Below, one piece after another: positions 48,579 through 58,104 of a stretch of 64,000 nt of DNA. The number at the start of each line of letters is the position of its first letter. The stretch's first letter is position 1. Origin of the DNA: a candidate division FCPU426 bacterium (GTDB taxonomy: Bacteria; Oederibacteriota; Muellerivitia; Muellerivitales; Muellerivitaceae); contig CAVRAL010000001.1 of the NCBI GenBank assembly GCA_963719085.1, forward strand, positions 736,001 to 800,000, written 5' to 3'. The notes beneath the pieces were generated by a model. It did no database searches. It was not told the origin of the DNA and saw only the letters and a list, made by a program, of their open reading frames with translations. The position numbers and the translations under genes are program-made.

Positions 48579-49517
48579 ATGGGAATGGAAAAAAATCAAA
48601 AAATAAAAAAGATCCCGGCGGCGCCCGCTCCCAAGATCCGCGGGCTTTTTTCCCCACAGGACCGGCGGAGCGCCTCAGTGAGGCTGTTTCTGGCGCTGGG
48701 AAATCTGGGCCTGTTTCTGGGCGCGCTCGTTATCATCTCCCCGATTTTATGGATGGTTTTAGGGTCGTTTAAGACTCCGGAAGAGCTTTACGCCGTTCCG
48801 CAAAGTTACTTGCCCCAATCCATTCAACTGGATAATTATTTCCAAGCTTTTCAATTGGTCCCTTTGGTGCGCTATCTTTTGAACAGCTTGTTCATTTGCT
48901 CGGCGGTGGTCGCGGGGCAACTGCTCTTTTGCTCCATGGCCGCCTATTCCATCTCCAAATTGCGGGTGAAGTTCGCCGGGGGGATTCTTCTTCTTTTCAT
49001 GACGAGTTTGATGGTTCCTTTTGAGGTTTTAATCATTCCGCTTTACTTGATCACTAAAAACTTCCCCTTGGGGCCCGGTTTCCCCGGCGTCAATATGCTG
49101 GATAGCTACTGGGCCATTATTTTGCCGTCCATTTTCAGCGCTTTTGGAATTTTACTTTTGAAGGATTTTTACGACTCAATTCCCAACGAAATTCTTTACG
49201 CGGCCAGAATCGACGGATGCGGCGAGCTGAAGGTTTTCTTTGGCTTCATCATCCCGATGACCAGGCCCATTATGGCTATTTTGGCCATTTTTTCCTTTGT
49301 AACGACTTGGAATAGTTTCTTTTGGCCTTTGGTGGTATTGAACAATCCGGATTTTTACCCCTTGGTTTTAGGGGTTCAAAAATTAATTGATATGGGCGAG
49401 CCATGGAACATTGTTTTGGCGGCGTTGGTCCTCACGACCTTGCCGTCTGTTTTGCTTTTAATCGCTTTCCAAAAAACGATTATCCGCGGAATCGCCTACA
49501 CGGGTGTTTACGGTTGA
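48579..49517 (+). CDS. Carbohydrate ABC transporter permease (MalG/UgpE-like)
   Basis: SFKT, NSLF, IPNEILYAARIDG, WNSFFWPL. Confidence 0.92.
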   Translation: MGMEKNQKIKKIPAAPAPKIRGLFSPQDRRSASVRLFLALGNLGLFLGALVIISPILWMVLGSFKTPEELYAVPQSYLPQSIQLDNYFQAFQLVPLVRYLLNSLFICSAVVAGQLLFCSMAAYSISKLRVKFAGGILLLFMTSLMVPFEVLIIPLYLITKNFPLGPGFPGVNMLDSYWAIILPSIFSAFGILLLKDFYDSIPNEILYAARIDGCGELKVFFGFIIPMTRPIMAILAIFSFVTTWNSFFWPLVVLNNPDFYPLVLGVQKLIDMGEPWNIVLAALVLTTLPSVLLLIAFQKTIIRGIAYTGVYG

Positions 49518-50089
49518 TTCGGGAAAATGAAAAACTAAAAGCCTGGGTGAAAAGCCAGGTCAGTCCCCGGCGGTTTAAGCATATCCAAGGGGTGGTCAAG
49601 ACTTCCGGCGATTTAGCGGGGCGATTCGGTCAATCGGCCTCGAAGGCTAGGCTGGCGGCATGGTTTCATGATTGCGCCAAGGAAATGACACGCGCACAAA
49701 TGTTAAGCTGGCTGAGGGGAACGCCTTTTCGATTGGACCGGCTCGAGAAACGGATGCCCGGGCTTTGGCACCCCCACGCGGGGGCGGCCATCGCGCTCAA
49801 AAAATGGAAATTAAAGGACGCGGCGGTTTTGGAAGCCATTCGATCGCATACGTTAGGCGGGGAAAGAATGGGGCCCTTGGCGCAAGTCGTGTTTGTGGCG
49901 GATTTCATTGAGCCGGGCCGGGTTTTTGAGGGAGTGGGGCTAGCCCGCGCCGCGGCCCGGCGTGGATTAGCTGAAGGGGTTCGAGTGAAAACAGTCCTCA
50001 CCTTGGAACAGCTTTTAAAGAACGGCGAGATGGTTCACCCCCGGCTGCTATTGACATGGAACGCTTTTTTATCAAAGGACGGAAAATGA
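49514..50089 (+). CDS. yqeK: YqeK-family HD-domain Ap4A hydrolase
   Basis: RFKHIQGV, HDCAKE, WHPHAGA, AIRSHT, ADFIEPGR; TTG overlaps the upstream stop. Confidence 0.88.
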   Translation: MIRENEKLKAWVKSQVSPRRFKHIQGVVKTSGDLAGRFGQSASKARLAAWFHDCAKEMTRAQMLSWLRGTPFRLDRLEKRMPGLWHPHAGAAIALKKWKLKDAAVLEAIRSHTLGGERMGPLAQVVFVADFIEPGRVFEGVGLARAAARRGLAEGVRVKTVLTLEQLLKNGEMVHPRLLLTWNAFLSKDGK

Positions 50090-50937
50090 AGGCCTTGATC
50101 GGATGGTTAATGGGTTTCGCCCTTGTTTTGTTTTTGAGCTGGACAAGCTATCAGGCTTTGTCCCGCTCGCCGCTGAGCGTCTTTTGGGTTGAGAGGTCCT
50201 CGGAAGGGGTGGACGCCTTTCGAGTTAATTTATTTTTATCCGGGGCCCGGGGGCAAATGGCTCCGATCAGTTTGACCGACGCGCAAAAAAAAATATTACA
50301 AGACGCCTTTGATCAAAAAAACGTCAGCGCGATCGAGTCGCTGGGACAAGAAGTAAACGGGGGACAATGGTTGGTCGGCGTTTCCGGATCGCCGGGGGAT
50401 TGGCCTTGGTTTATCGGCGGGGGGCTGAAAAGCCTTTGGGGCGTCGACAACAACGTGGCTTTTGATAATCTGACGGCCCTGGACCGGATTTACCTGTGTT
50501 TGGCGACCCGGCCGCCCGCCGGTCTTCCGATCGAAGGTGTGCCGGCCGCCCAAACCACCAGCGCGCCGGCCCCCCATTCAACTCCCGTTCCCCCGACCGC
50601 GCAAACAACCGAAGCGGTGGTGCGAGTTAAAATTTTGAACGGATGTGGTATAACAAATGCCGCGGATTGGGTGGCGGGCCGTTTAAAGGGGCCGGGAATC
50701 GTCATTTCGGAAGTGACCAACGCGGATCAATTTCACTATCCCAAAACCCTTGTCCAATCCTCCATCGGCGTCCCGGTGGCGCTGGCCGAAGCGTTGGAGC
50801 GGCTCGGCGTGGGCCAAGAGGATGTGGATCAGACTGGGGCCGCGGAAGCGGACGCCGATGTGGTGGTGACCGTGGGAAAAGACTATCTGAATTTACGGGG
50901 AAAAGCGCGTGAGCGAGCTCATAACAGAAAAAAATAA
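50086..50937 (+). CDS. Membrane-anchored protein with LytR C-terminal domain
   Basis: N-terminal TM; Pro/Thr linker; VKILNGCGITNAA...NAD...DVVVTVGKDY. Confidence 0.8.
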   Translation: MKALIGWLMGFALVLFLSWTSYQALSRSPLSVFWVERSSEGVDAFRVNLFLSGARGQMAPISLTDAQKKILQDAFDQKNVSAIESLGQEVNGGQWLVGVSGSPGDWPWFIGGGLKSLWGVDNNVAFDNLTALDRIYLCLATRPPAGLPIEGVPAAQTTSAPAPHSTPVPPTAQTTEAVVRVKILNGCGITNAADWVAGRLKGPGIVISEVTNADQFHYPKTLVQSSIGVPVALAEALERLGVGQEDVDQTGAAEADADVVVTVGKDYLNLRGKARERAHNRKK

Positions 50938-51274
50938 GATCAAGCAGCTTTTTTCAAACCCCACTTCCCGAACCTTGATGGGAATTTGGGTTTTGTTGAA
51001 AGGCTCCCATTTTTCATTGAAGGCGGTGTCCGAGCTTTTGTCCGTCTCCGAAGAAGGACTGGACGCGAAGTTCCAAACTTTCGCCGGCTTGGGGCTCATT
51101 CATGTCAGCGCGGATTTTCAAGGGGAACGCCAAGTGGAGTTTTTGTCCGGCTCAAATCCCGATTTGGAAAGATCTATCGTGGAATTTTTCGAGGGGCGCA
51201 AAAATGATTTTGAGATGGTGGAGTTAAAGGTTCGTTCGCTCATTTATAAAACCATTTTGACCACGTTAGTTTAA
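50909..51274 (+). CDS. Hypothetical protein, possible winged helix
   Basis: LFSNPTSR...SLKAVSELLSVS...GLGLIHV resembles an ArsR-like wHTH; operon position before argS. Confidence 0.55.
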   Translation: MSELITEKNKIKQLFSNPTSRTLMGIWVLLKGSHFSLKAVSELLSVSEEGLDAKFQTFAGLGLIHVSADFQGERQVEFLSGSNPDLERSIVEFFEGRKNDFEMVELKVRSLIYKTILTTLV

Positions 51275-51279
51275 CCCCC

Positions 51280-52947
51280 ATGATTGACATTTTTTGGATT
51301 AAAAAAACACTGACCGACGCGTTTGAAAAGGCGCTGGGGGAGCTGGGCTTTTCCGACGTGGCGGCTTCCATCGAAATACCCAAAGAAAAGGGGCACGGGG
51401 ACTTTTCCTCGCCGGTCGCCATGTTCTTAGCTAAAAAAATGAAAAAGGCCCCCCTGGCGATCGCCCAAGAAATCGTCCAACATTTAAGCTTTTCCAAGGA
51501 TTTTTTGCTAAAGCTCGAGATCGCCCCGCCCGGATTCATCAACTTAACTTTAAACCCGCGGGTTTATCACGAAGCCCTTCTCTTCGCCATTCAACAAGAT
51601 CGGCAATTTGGGGAAAACAACCGCTCCAAAGGATCAAAAATTCTTTTGGAATTCGTGAGCGCGAATCCGACGGGTCCCTTGAATGTGGTGAACGCCCGGG
51701 CGGCCGCGCTGGGAGACTCGATTGGGAATCTTCTCGCGGCCTCAGGTTGGAAGGTGGAACGGGAATATTATGTGAATGACGCCGGGGTTCAATCCAAACT
51801 TTTTGGGGAGTCGCTTTGGGCGGCTTTTCAAAGGATCAACGGAAGCCCGGTGGAGGCGCCCGAAGGCGGTTATCAAGGCGCTTACATGGAGGATTTGGCC
51901 CAAACGCTTAAAGCCAATCCCGAGTTTAACGCGTTGTCCAAGACAATTTCCAAGGAAGAAATTTGTGATTGGATGGGAAAATGGGGAATGGACCAAGTCG
52001 TGGCTTGGCACCGCGCGGCCATGGAAAAATACGGGGTGCGTTTTGACCGCTGGTTCAGCGAAAATAAAAATTTGCATCAAACCGGGGAAGTTGAAAAAAT
52101 CGTCGAAACGCTAAAGAAAAAAGACTTGGTTTATGAAAAAGAAGGCGCGCTTTGGATCAAAACCGCCGAGTTTGGATCGCCCAAGGACGAGGTGATTGTC
52201 AAAGGAAACGGACTTCCCGCCTATTTTACCGCCGATATCGCCTATCATTCGGGAAAGTTCAACCGGGGTTTTGACCGGCTGGTCGATATTTGGGGGCCCG
52301 ATCACCATGGCCATATTCAACGGATGAAATCGGCGCTGTTGGCTTTAGGCTACCCGGTGGATCACTTCAGTGTTTTAATCGCCCAGCAGGTCAATCTGCT
52401 TCAAGACGGGGAAAAAGTGAAGATGTCGAAACGGGAAGGGAAATTCGTGACCATGGAGGAACTGCTCGACCAAGTCGGAAAAGACGCCGCTCGGTTTTTT
52501 TTCGTGATGCGAAGCGCCAATAGCCATCTAGATTTTGATATCGCGGTCGCGCAAAAGCAAACCGACGAAAATCCGGTTTATTACATCCAATACGCGCACG
52601 CGCGGATTTGCAGTTTGCTTAAAAAAGCCGTGGACGCCGGCTTTAAGGTCGCCTCCGATTTGGAGGATTTGAGCCAATTGGGGGCGGTCGAGGAGATGGG
52701 ACTTCTTAAGGAAATCCTGGAGTACCCTCAATGGGTGGAAGAAAGCGGCCGTAGTTATGAGCCCCATCGTATTGTCGCCTATCTTCAAAATCTGGCGGCT
52801 CAGTTCCATCTTTTTTACGCCAAACACCGGATTTTGGACTCCCCGCCCGCGCTGGGGAACGCCCGGTTAGCCCTCGCTTTTGGGGTCAAAAACGTGATTC
52901 GAAACGCCTTGGATTTGTTGGGAGTTTCGGCTCCCGAAACCATGTAA
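51280..52947 (+). CDS. argS: Arginine--tRNA ligase
   Basis: HGDF, GFIN, EFVSANPTGPL, YYVNDAG, WGPDHHGH, KMSKREG, YYIQYAHAR. Confidence 0.97.
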   Translation: MIDIFWIKKTLTDAFEKALGELGFSDVAASIEIPKEKGHGDFSSPVAMFLAKKMKKAPLAIAQEIVQHLSFSKDFLLKLEIAPPGFINLTLNPRVYHEALLFAIQQDRQFGENNRSKGSKILLEFVSANPTGPLNVVNARAAALGDSIGNLLAASGWKVEREYYVNDAGVQSKLFGESLWAAFQRINGSPVEAPEGGYQGAYMEDLAQTLKANPEFNALSKTISKEEICDWMGKWGMDQVVAWHRAAMEKYGVRFDRWFSENKNLHQTGEVEKIVETLKKKDLVYEKEGALWIKTAEFGSPKDEVIVKGNGLPAYFTADIAYHSGKFNRGFDRLVDIWGPDHHGHIQRMKSALLALGYPVDHFSVLIAQQVNLLQDGEKVKMSKREGKFVTMEELLDQVGKDAARFFFVMRSANSHLDFDIAVAQKQTDENPVYYIQYAHARICSLLKKAVDAGFKVASDLEDLSQLGAVEEMGLLKEILEYPQWVEESGRSYEPHRIVAYLQNLAAQFHLFYAKHRILDSPPALGNARLALAFGVKNVIRNALDLLGVSAPETM

Positions 52948-52971
52948 ACTTGCGGGAAATGGGAGGGTGGT

Positions 52972-53682
52972 TTGATTCGATTATTCGCCGCTTATCTAAT
53001 GGTGGGGATGAGTTGTCTTGGATGTTCCCGGCATGAGACGGCCGGAATTTCAAGCGATCCCAAACTCGCGCAAGCGCAAAAATCGATAGCGGATGGAAAC
53101 TACGACGCGGCGGTAAGCCAGACAAAAGAAATCGTTTCTCAAGCCCCGGCCTCCACTTTAACGTCGCAAGCGCTTTATTTGGAAGCCTATTCCATGGTTT
53201 ACGGATGGGGCGATTTTCATCAAGCCGCTCGGGCGCTCCGTCAGCTCTTGCAGTCTGATCCGAAGGGTTCGTTGGCCTCGCCGGCCCAAAGACTACTCGC
53301 CGATTGCGACTATTGGCAAGGCAACTATTCCAGGGCGATCCGTGAGTATGGCCCATTGGCGGCCTCGGGGGAAACCGACCCGCGCGAGGACGCCAATTTA
53401 CAGATCGCCAACTGCCTTCTGCTGAAAAACAAGGTCGGGGACGCGATCACCGCTTATCGCGCCATCGTGGACAGGGTCCCCGCCAGTTCAAGCGCGGATA
53501 AGGCTCAAATGATGATCGCGAATATTTACCTGAAGATACAAAACCCAACCCAAGCGAAGACCGAGTTTCAAAAATTATTGTCTTTCACGAAGAACAAAAC
53601 CTTCGAAGAAGACGCCCGAAATTGTGTGCGTCAAATTGACTCGCAGGCGCCTTTTCAAAAATCAAACGGGGACAAGGAATGA
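52972..53682 (+). CDS. TPR lipoprotein
   Basis: Lipobox-like CLGC; several TPR units (ADCDYWQGNYSRAIREY, AQMMIANIY). Confidence 0.75.
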   Translation: MIRLFAAYLMVGMSCLGCSRHETAGISSDPKLAQAQKSIADGNYDAAVSQTKEIVSQAPASTLTSQALYLEAYSMVYGWGDFHQAARALRQLLQSDPKGSLASPAQRLLADCDYWQGNYSRAIREYGPLAASGETDPREDANLQIANCLLLKNKVGDAITAYRAIVDRVPASSSADKAQMMIANIYLKIQNPTQAKTEFQKLLSFTKNKTFEEDARNCVRQIDSQAPFQKSNGDKE

Positions 53683-54521
53683 GTTCGTTCTTTTGGATGT
53701 ATGGGATCGCTTTTGTCTCGGCGGCGGCCGTGGGTTTGCTTGTATTCTTTTTGTTCCGTCTCACTCGGGGTGACCGGATCCCGTCCTTTGGTTTTGGCCA
53801 GCGGTTCGCGGGTAAAAAAATGAAGGCGCCGCCGAAGGTTTACCTTTTTGGGGCGCTGGGTCTTCTCACGATCGGCTTGGGCTTTGTTTATTTTTTCGTT
53901 TTTTTGACCATGGGTTTGGCCTGGGGGACTTGGCGTTTTTATCCCGTTTTTTTAGCGCGGCAACGGTTGAAAAAGAGGATCGATAAAATGAACGATCTTT
54001 TTCCACAAACCTTGGGTATGGCCATTCAAGCCTTGAAAGCGGGGCAAACCATTCCGCAGGTTTTGGAATATCTTTCAAAGGAAAGCCCGGCACCGCTCCG
54101 GGATGAATGGAAACAAGTTTGCGCTGAAATTGATTTGGGAGCCTCCTCGGAGCAGGCCCTGATTAAAATGGGGGAACGCTATCCCGCTTTCGCCGATTTC
54201 CACCAATTTCTGCAGTCCTATAAGATATCCCGGCGCACGGGCGCGAACTTGACTCATTTATTGGAGGTTTTGCTCGAAGGAACGGAAACCAGAAGCCGTT
54301 TATTAAGAAAAATGGACTCCATGACCGCCCAAGCCCGGTTGTCGGGGCTTTTGATGGGGCTTCTCCCCTTCATTCTCGCCCTCGTTTTTTTTACCATGGA
54401 CCCGACCATCCTCAAGCCCTTGGTGACTCAAAAAGCGGGTTGGGGAATATTGGTTCTATCCGCTCTCATGGAAACCATTGGTTTTTTGTGGATCCGACAA
54501 CTGTTGCGGATTGAGGTTTAA
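53679..54521 (+). CDS. tadB: Tad pilus inner-membrane platform protein TadB (T2SSF fold)
   Basis: ALKAGQTI...PLRDEW...TGANL...MTAQARLSG...LP. Confidence 0.85.
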   Translation: MSSFFWMYGIAFVSAAAVGLLVFFLFRLTRGDRIPSFGFGQRFAGKKMKAPPKVYLFGALGLLTIGLGFVYFFVFLTMGLAWGTWRFYPVFLARQRLKKRIDKMNDLFPQTLGMAIQALKAGQTIPQVLEYLSKESPAPLRDEWKQVCAEIDLGASSEQALIKMGERYPAFADFHQFLQSYKISRRTGANLTHLLEVLLEGTETRSRLLRKMDSMTAQARLSGLLMGLLPFILALVFFTMDPTILKPLVTQKAGWGILVLSALMETIGFLWIRQLLRIEV

Positions 54522-55387
54522 TGATTTATTTATTATGCCTTATCATTTCCGGTTCGATCGGATTCATAGTTTTTCAAACGACTTCCACTTTGGTGCGCCG
54601 GGTGGATCTTTACCAAGAAAATTTGCAAATCAAAATACTAACCGGTCTTTCTCAACGCAAGGTGCCTTTGCGATTTTACGTGGAGCGCGTTGAGGCGTTT
54701 GTCGGAAGCCTGAAAAAATCCCGATTTTTATCGCGATATCTCGGCGCGCTGGGTGCCTGGATTGACCGCGCCTGCCGGCCGGAACTTAAGCCGACCCAGT
54801 TATTTTCTTATCAAATATTTTTGTTTTTCGCCGCGTTTTTCCTATTCCAGTTTTTGGTTCAAAATGTTCTTATCTCATTGGGAGCGGGGGTCCTGGGAAC
54901 TTTTTTGCCCTTTAGTTGGATCCGGGACAAAGCGCTTCGGCGCGAGGGGGAAATTTTAAGGGAGCTGCCCAACGCGCTGGAAATTCTGTCATTGTGCGCG
55001 GAAGCGGGATTGAGCTTGGAGCAGGGGTTGGTTCACTATTTGGAAAACGCTGCGGCCCAACCCCTGGTCGATGAGTTCTCGAAGGTTTTGGAACAGACCC
55101 GGATGGGCTCGAGCCGAAAAGAGGCCTTGCAAGCCATGGGCCGCCGGGTTAATTTGACGGATGTTTCCCTCTTGGTATCGAGCGTTGTTCACGCTGAAAA
55201 ATTCGGGACCGGGATCGCCAAAACGTTGCGCCAGCTATCCTCCTCATTGCGGGATAAACAAGCCCAACGGATTGAAAAAAAGGTAAATGAATTGCCGGTG
55301 AAAATGCTGCTTCCTTTATTACTTTTTATTATGCCGGTGACGTTCCTCATTATTTTCGGCCCCATCTTATTAAGTCTTTTAAATTAA
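54521..55387 (+). CDS. tadC: Tad pilus inner-membrane platform protein TadC (T2SSF fold)
   Basis: ELPNALEIL...EAGLSLEQ...GSSRKEAL...AEKFGTGI...VKMLLPLLLFIMP. Confidence 0.88.
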   Translation: MIYLLCLIISGSIGFIVFQTTSTLVRRVDLYQENLQIKILTGLSQRKVPLRFYVERVEAFVGSLKKSRFLSRYLGALGAWIDRACRPELKPTQLFSYQIFLFFAAFFLFQFLVQNVLISLGAGVLGTFLPFSWIRDKALRREGEILRELPNALEILSLCAEAGLSLEQGLVHYLENAAAQPLVDEFSKVLEQTRMGSSRKEALQAMGRRVNLTDVSLLVSSVVHAEKFGTGIAKTLRQLSSSLRDKQAQRIEKKVNELPVKMLLPLLLFIMPVTFLIIFGPILLSLLN

Positions 55388-55389
55388 AA

Positions 55390-55713
55390 ATGAAGAGCCA
55401 TTTGATTAAAAAGATGCGGGCGGCGGATAACTTTTGGCTGCGGTTGATTGGTTTGATGGGCCGGCTCCGCTGGCCGTCCGGGTATGATGTTCTGATGTTT
55501 CGGAATTGCCGGTATCTGCACACTTTTTTCACTTTTCTTCGGCCTGATTTGATTTTTACATCGAAAGATGGAAAAATCATCTCGGTTTTTCGTGCGGCGG
55601 GTCCTTGGAAATTTTGGGGGAGCTTTTCGGCCCGGCATAGTTTTGAAGCGCGCCCGGGATTCATCGACCGCCATCAAATGAAGGTCGGTGATCGGTTAAG
55701 ATTCGAAGATTAA
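55390..55713 (+). CDS. DUF192 family protein
   Basis: [24 protein letters not shown]...VGDRL. Confidence 0.75.
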   Translation: MKSHLIKKMRAADNFWLRLIGLMGRLRWPSGYDVLMFRNCRYLHTFFTFLRPDLIFTSKDGKIISVFRAAGPWKFWGSFSARHSFEARPGFIDRHQMKVGDRLRFED

Positions 55714-55759
55714 CCAAGTTTGTGCTGGAATAGGCAACACTTCAATTCAAGGAGCGGAC

Positions 55760-57070
55760 ATGTTCTCTGATTTTTTAAAATCGGATCCCGAGGTATACAG
55801 CGCGAACGTAAATGAAATCAAACGGCAAAATGAGAAGCTGGAGTTGATCGCGTCTGAAAATTTCACCAGCCTAGCGGTGATGGCGGCCCAGGGCGGCGTG
55901 ATGACCAATAAATACGCGGAGGGTTATCCGGGGAATCGTTATTATGGCGGGTGTGAAAATGTGGATCGGGTTGAGAATTTGGCCCGGGAAAGGGCCAGCC
56001 GTCTCTTTTTTGACGCCGAATATGTGAATGTTCAGCCCCATTCGGGGAGCCAGGCCAATATGGCTGTTTATTTCACTTTTGTCCAACCGGGCGATGTGGT
56101 TTTAGGGTTGGATCTTTCCCATGGCGGTCACTTGACCCACGGCAGCAAGGTGAATTTCTCGGGGAAAATGTATAACTTTTTTCCTTATCAAACCCGCAAA
56201 GAAGATGGAAGGGTTGATTTGGATCAGGTTCGGGATTTGGCCCTCCAACATAAACCCAAGATGATCAGCATTGGCGCCTCGGCTTATTCACGGGACTGGG
56301 ATTACGCCGCCTTTCGAAAGATCGCCGATGAGGTGGGCGCTTTTTTATGGGCGGACATCGCCCATACGGCGGGTCTCATCGTGGCCGGGGAGCTGAATAA
56401 TCCCATGGCCTACTGCCATGTGGTTACCACGACTACTCACAAGACGCTGCGGGGACCCCGCGGCGGGTTGATTTTGATGGGGAAAGATTTTGAGAACCCC
56501 TTTGGAATTACGGCGCCTAAAAGCGGGCGGGTGAAAAAAATGAGCGAGTTGATCGACAGTCAAATTATCCCGGGAATCCAAGGAGGGCCTTTGATGCACG
56601 TGGTGGCCGCCAAAGCGGTCGGGTTCCGGGAAGCCCTGGATCCTTCCTTCAAAACTTACGCCAAGCAAATCAAGCAGAACGCCAAAGCACTTTGCGAGGC
56701 TTTGATTGAAAAGGGGTTTCAGATCGTTTCAGGTGGCACGGACAATCATTTAATGCTGATCGATCTTCGCAACAAGAAGGTCAATGGAAAACAGGCCCAA
56801 CTGGCTTTGGATGAGGCGGGATTGACCACCAACAAAAATGCGGTTCCTTTTGACACCGAGTCGCCGCTCTTAACGAGTGGCTTGCGGTTGGGAACACCGG
56901 CCTTAACCACCCGCGGGTTCAGGGAAAAAGAGATGAAACAAGTGGCTCAATGGATTAACGCCATTATTGAAAGCCCCGAGGACCCGGCGGTCCGACAAAA
57001 GGTTTTGGGCGAAATTAAGGAACTGACGCCGAAATTCCCGCTTTATCCGGAGCTTTTAAAGGAGATTTAG
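55760..57070 (+). CDS. glyA: Serine hydroxymethyltransferase
   Basis: [42 protein letters not shown]. Confidence 0.98.
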   Translation: MFSDFLKSDPEVYSANVNEIKRQNEKLELIASENFTSLAVMAAQGGVMTNKYAEGYPGNRYYGGCENVDRVENLARERASRLFFDAEYVNVQPHSGSQANMAVYFTFVQPGDVVLGLDLSHGGHLTHGSKVNFSGKMYNFFPYQTRKEDGRVDLDQVRDLALQHKPKMISIGASAYSRDWDYAAFRKIADEVGAFLWADIAHTAGLIVAGELNNPMAYCHVVTTTTHKTLRGPRGGLILMGKDFENPFGITAPKSGRVKKMSELIDSQIIPGIQGGPLMHVVAAKAVGFREALDPSFKTYAKQIKQNAKALCEALIEKGFQIVSGGTDNHLMLIDLRNKKVNGKQAQLALDEAGLTTNKNAVPFDTESPLLTSGLRLGTPALTTRGFREKEMKQVAQWINAIIESPEDPAVRQKVLGEIKELTPKFPLYPELLKEI

Positions 57071-57105
57071 ACAAGCGGCTTGGCGAAGAAGACTAAGGCG
57101 GCGGT

Positions 57106-58104
57106 TTATTTCCCGATGGGGGTGGGAAGCGAAACGGCCGCTTGGATCCCGGGAGCCCAAGAAGGCGAAGTGCCTCCGTCGGAAGTCAGCGCCTTGATGT
57201 TGGCGCCGCTTTGATCGGCTATGTCGATGTTTAAGGTATCATCCTCACTGGTGGCAGAACAATAAACTATTTTTTTGTCGTTTTGCGCGAAGTGGGGACA
57301 GAGGCTGTGGGTATTGGTGGTGAAATTGACGGGGTTGGTTCCATCGCTATCCACCGTGTAAATTTGGGTCATATTGGCCCGGTAAAGATTGAAAAGAATT
57401 TTTCGGCCGTCGCTGGAATAGGAGGGGGAGCCTACATTCCAATCGGTGTAGTTGGTCAATTTGGTGACGGACTTATCGGAAATGTTCAACAACCACAAGT
57501 TGTAAACGCTGTCGCTGGCGCTGGAAAGAAAGAGGACATTCTTTCCGTCCGGGGATAGGACGGGACAGATCGCCGAATGGTCGGTGAGCAATGTCTCGGG
57601 ATTGTAGCCGTCGGCGTCCATCATCCAGATGTCTCCCTCAATCGCGTAAACAATTTTTTCCCCATCCGCCGACCAAGAGGGGGAGTCGTTGATCAGTAAA
57701 TTCTCGTCGTTGGTCTTTAATGAGTTAGTTTCGTCGAAGGTCAGTTGTTCCCGGTGATGGGACCCGCCCAGATCGATTTTCCACAATTGATAAATTCCAC
57801 CTTCGGCGTTTGACCAATAGACGGCCGCGTCGCCTTTGGGCGAGCAAGCCGGAAACCATTCGGTGCTGGTTCCACTGGTCAGGGGGGTGATCTCACTCGT
57901 CACGAGATCCATCATGGCCAGATGTCCCCTTTGAACAAAAACAACCAGCCCCGCGGGCGCGGCGGGAAGGGGTGTGGGCGCGGGCGGGGGAGCCACGATT
58001 TCTTTTTTCTTACAAGAAAGAGCGGAAAGGCCGGCGAATGAGGCCAGTGTTAAAAAGGCGGCTAAACATAAAAAATAATGTTTTTTCATTTTAGGTTGGC
58101 TCAT
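57106..58104 (-). CDS. TolB-like (PD40 beta-propeller) lipoprotein
   Basis: LSALSC lipobox-like, Pro-rich linker, repeats SPSWSADG, PVLSPDG, SPSYSSDG, SPSW. Confidence 0.8.
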   Translation of the reverse strand: MSQPKMKKHYFLCLAAFLTLASFAGLSALSCKKKEIVAPPPAPTPLPAAPAGLVVFVQRGHLAMMDLVTSEITPLTSGTSTEWFPACSPKGDAAVYWSNAEGGIYQLWKIDLGGSHHREQLTFDETNSLKTNDENLLINDSPSWSADGEKIVYAIEGDIWMMDADGYNPETLLTDHSAICPVLSPDGKNVLFLSSASDSVYNLWLLNISDKSVTKLTNYTDWNVGSPSYSSDGRKILFNLYRANMTQIYTVDSDGTNPVNFTTNTHSLCPHFAQNDKKIVYCSATSEDDTLNIDIADQSGANIKALTSDGGTSPSWAPGIQAAVSLPTPIGK

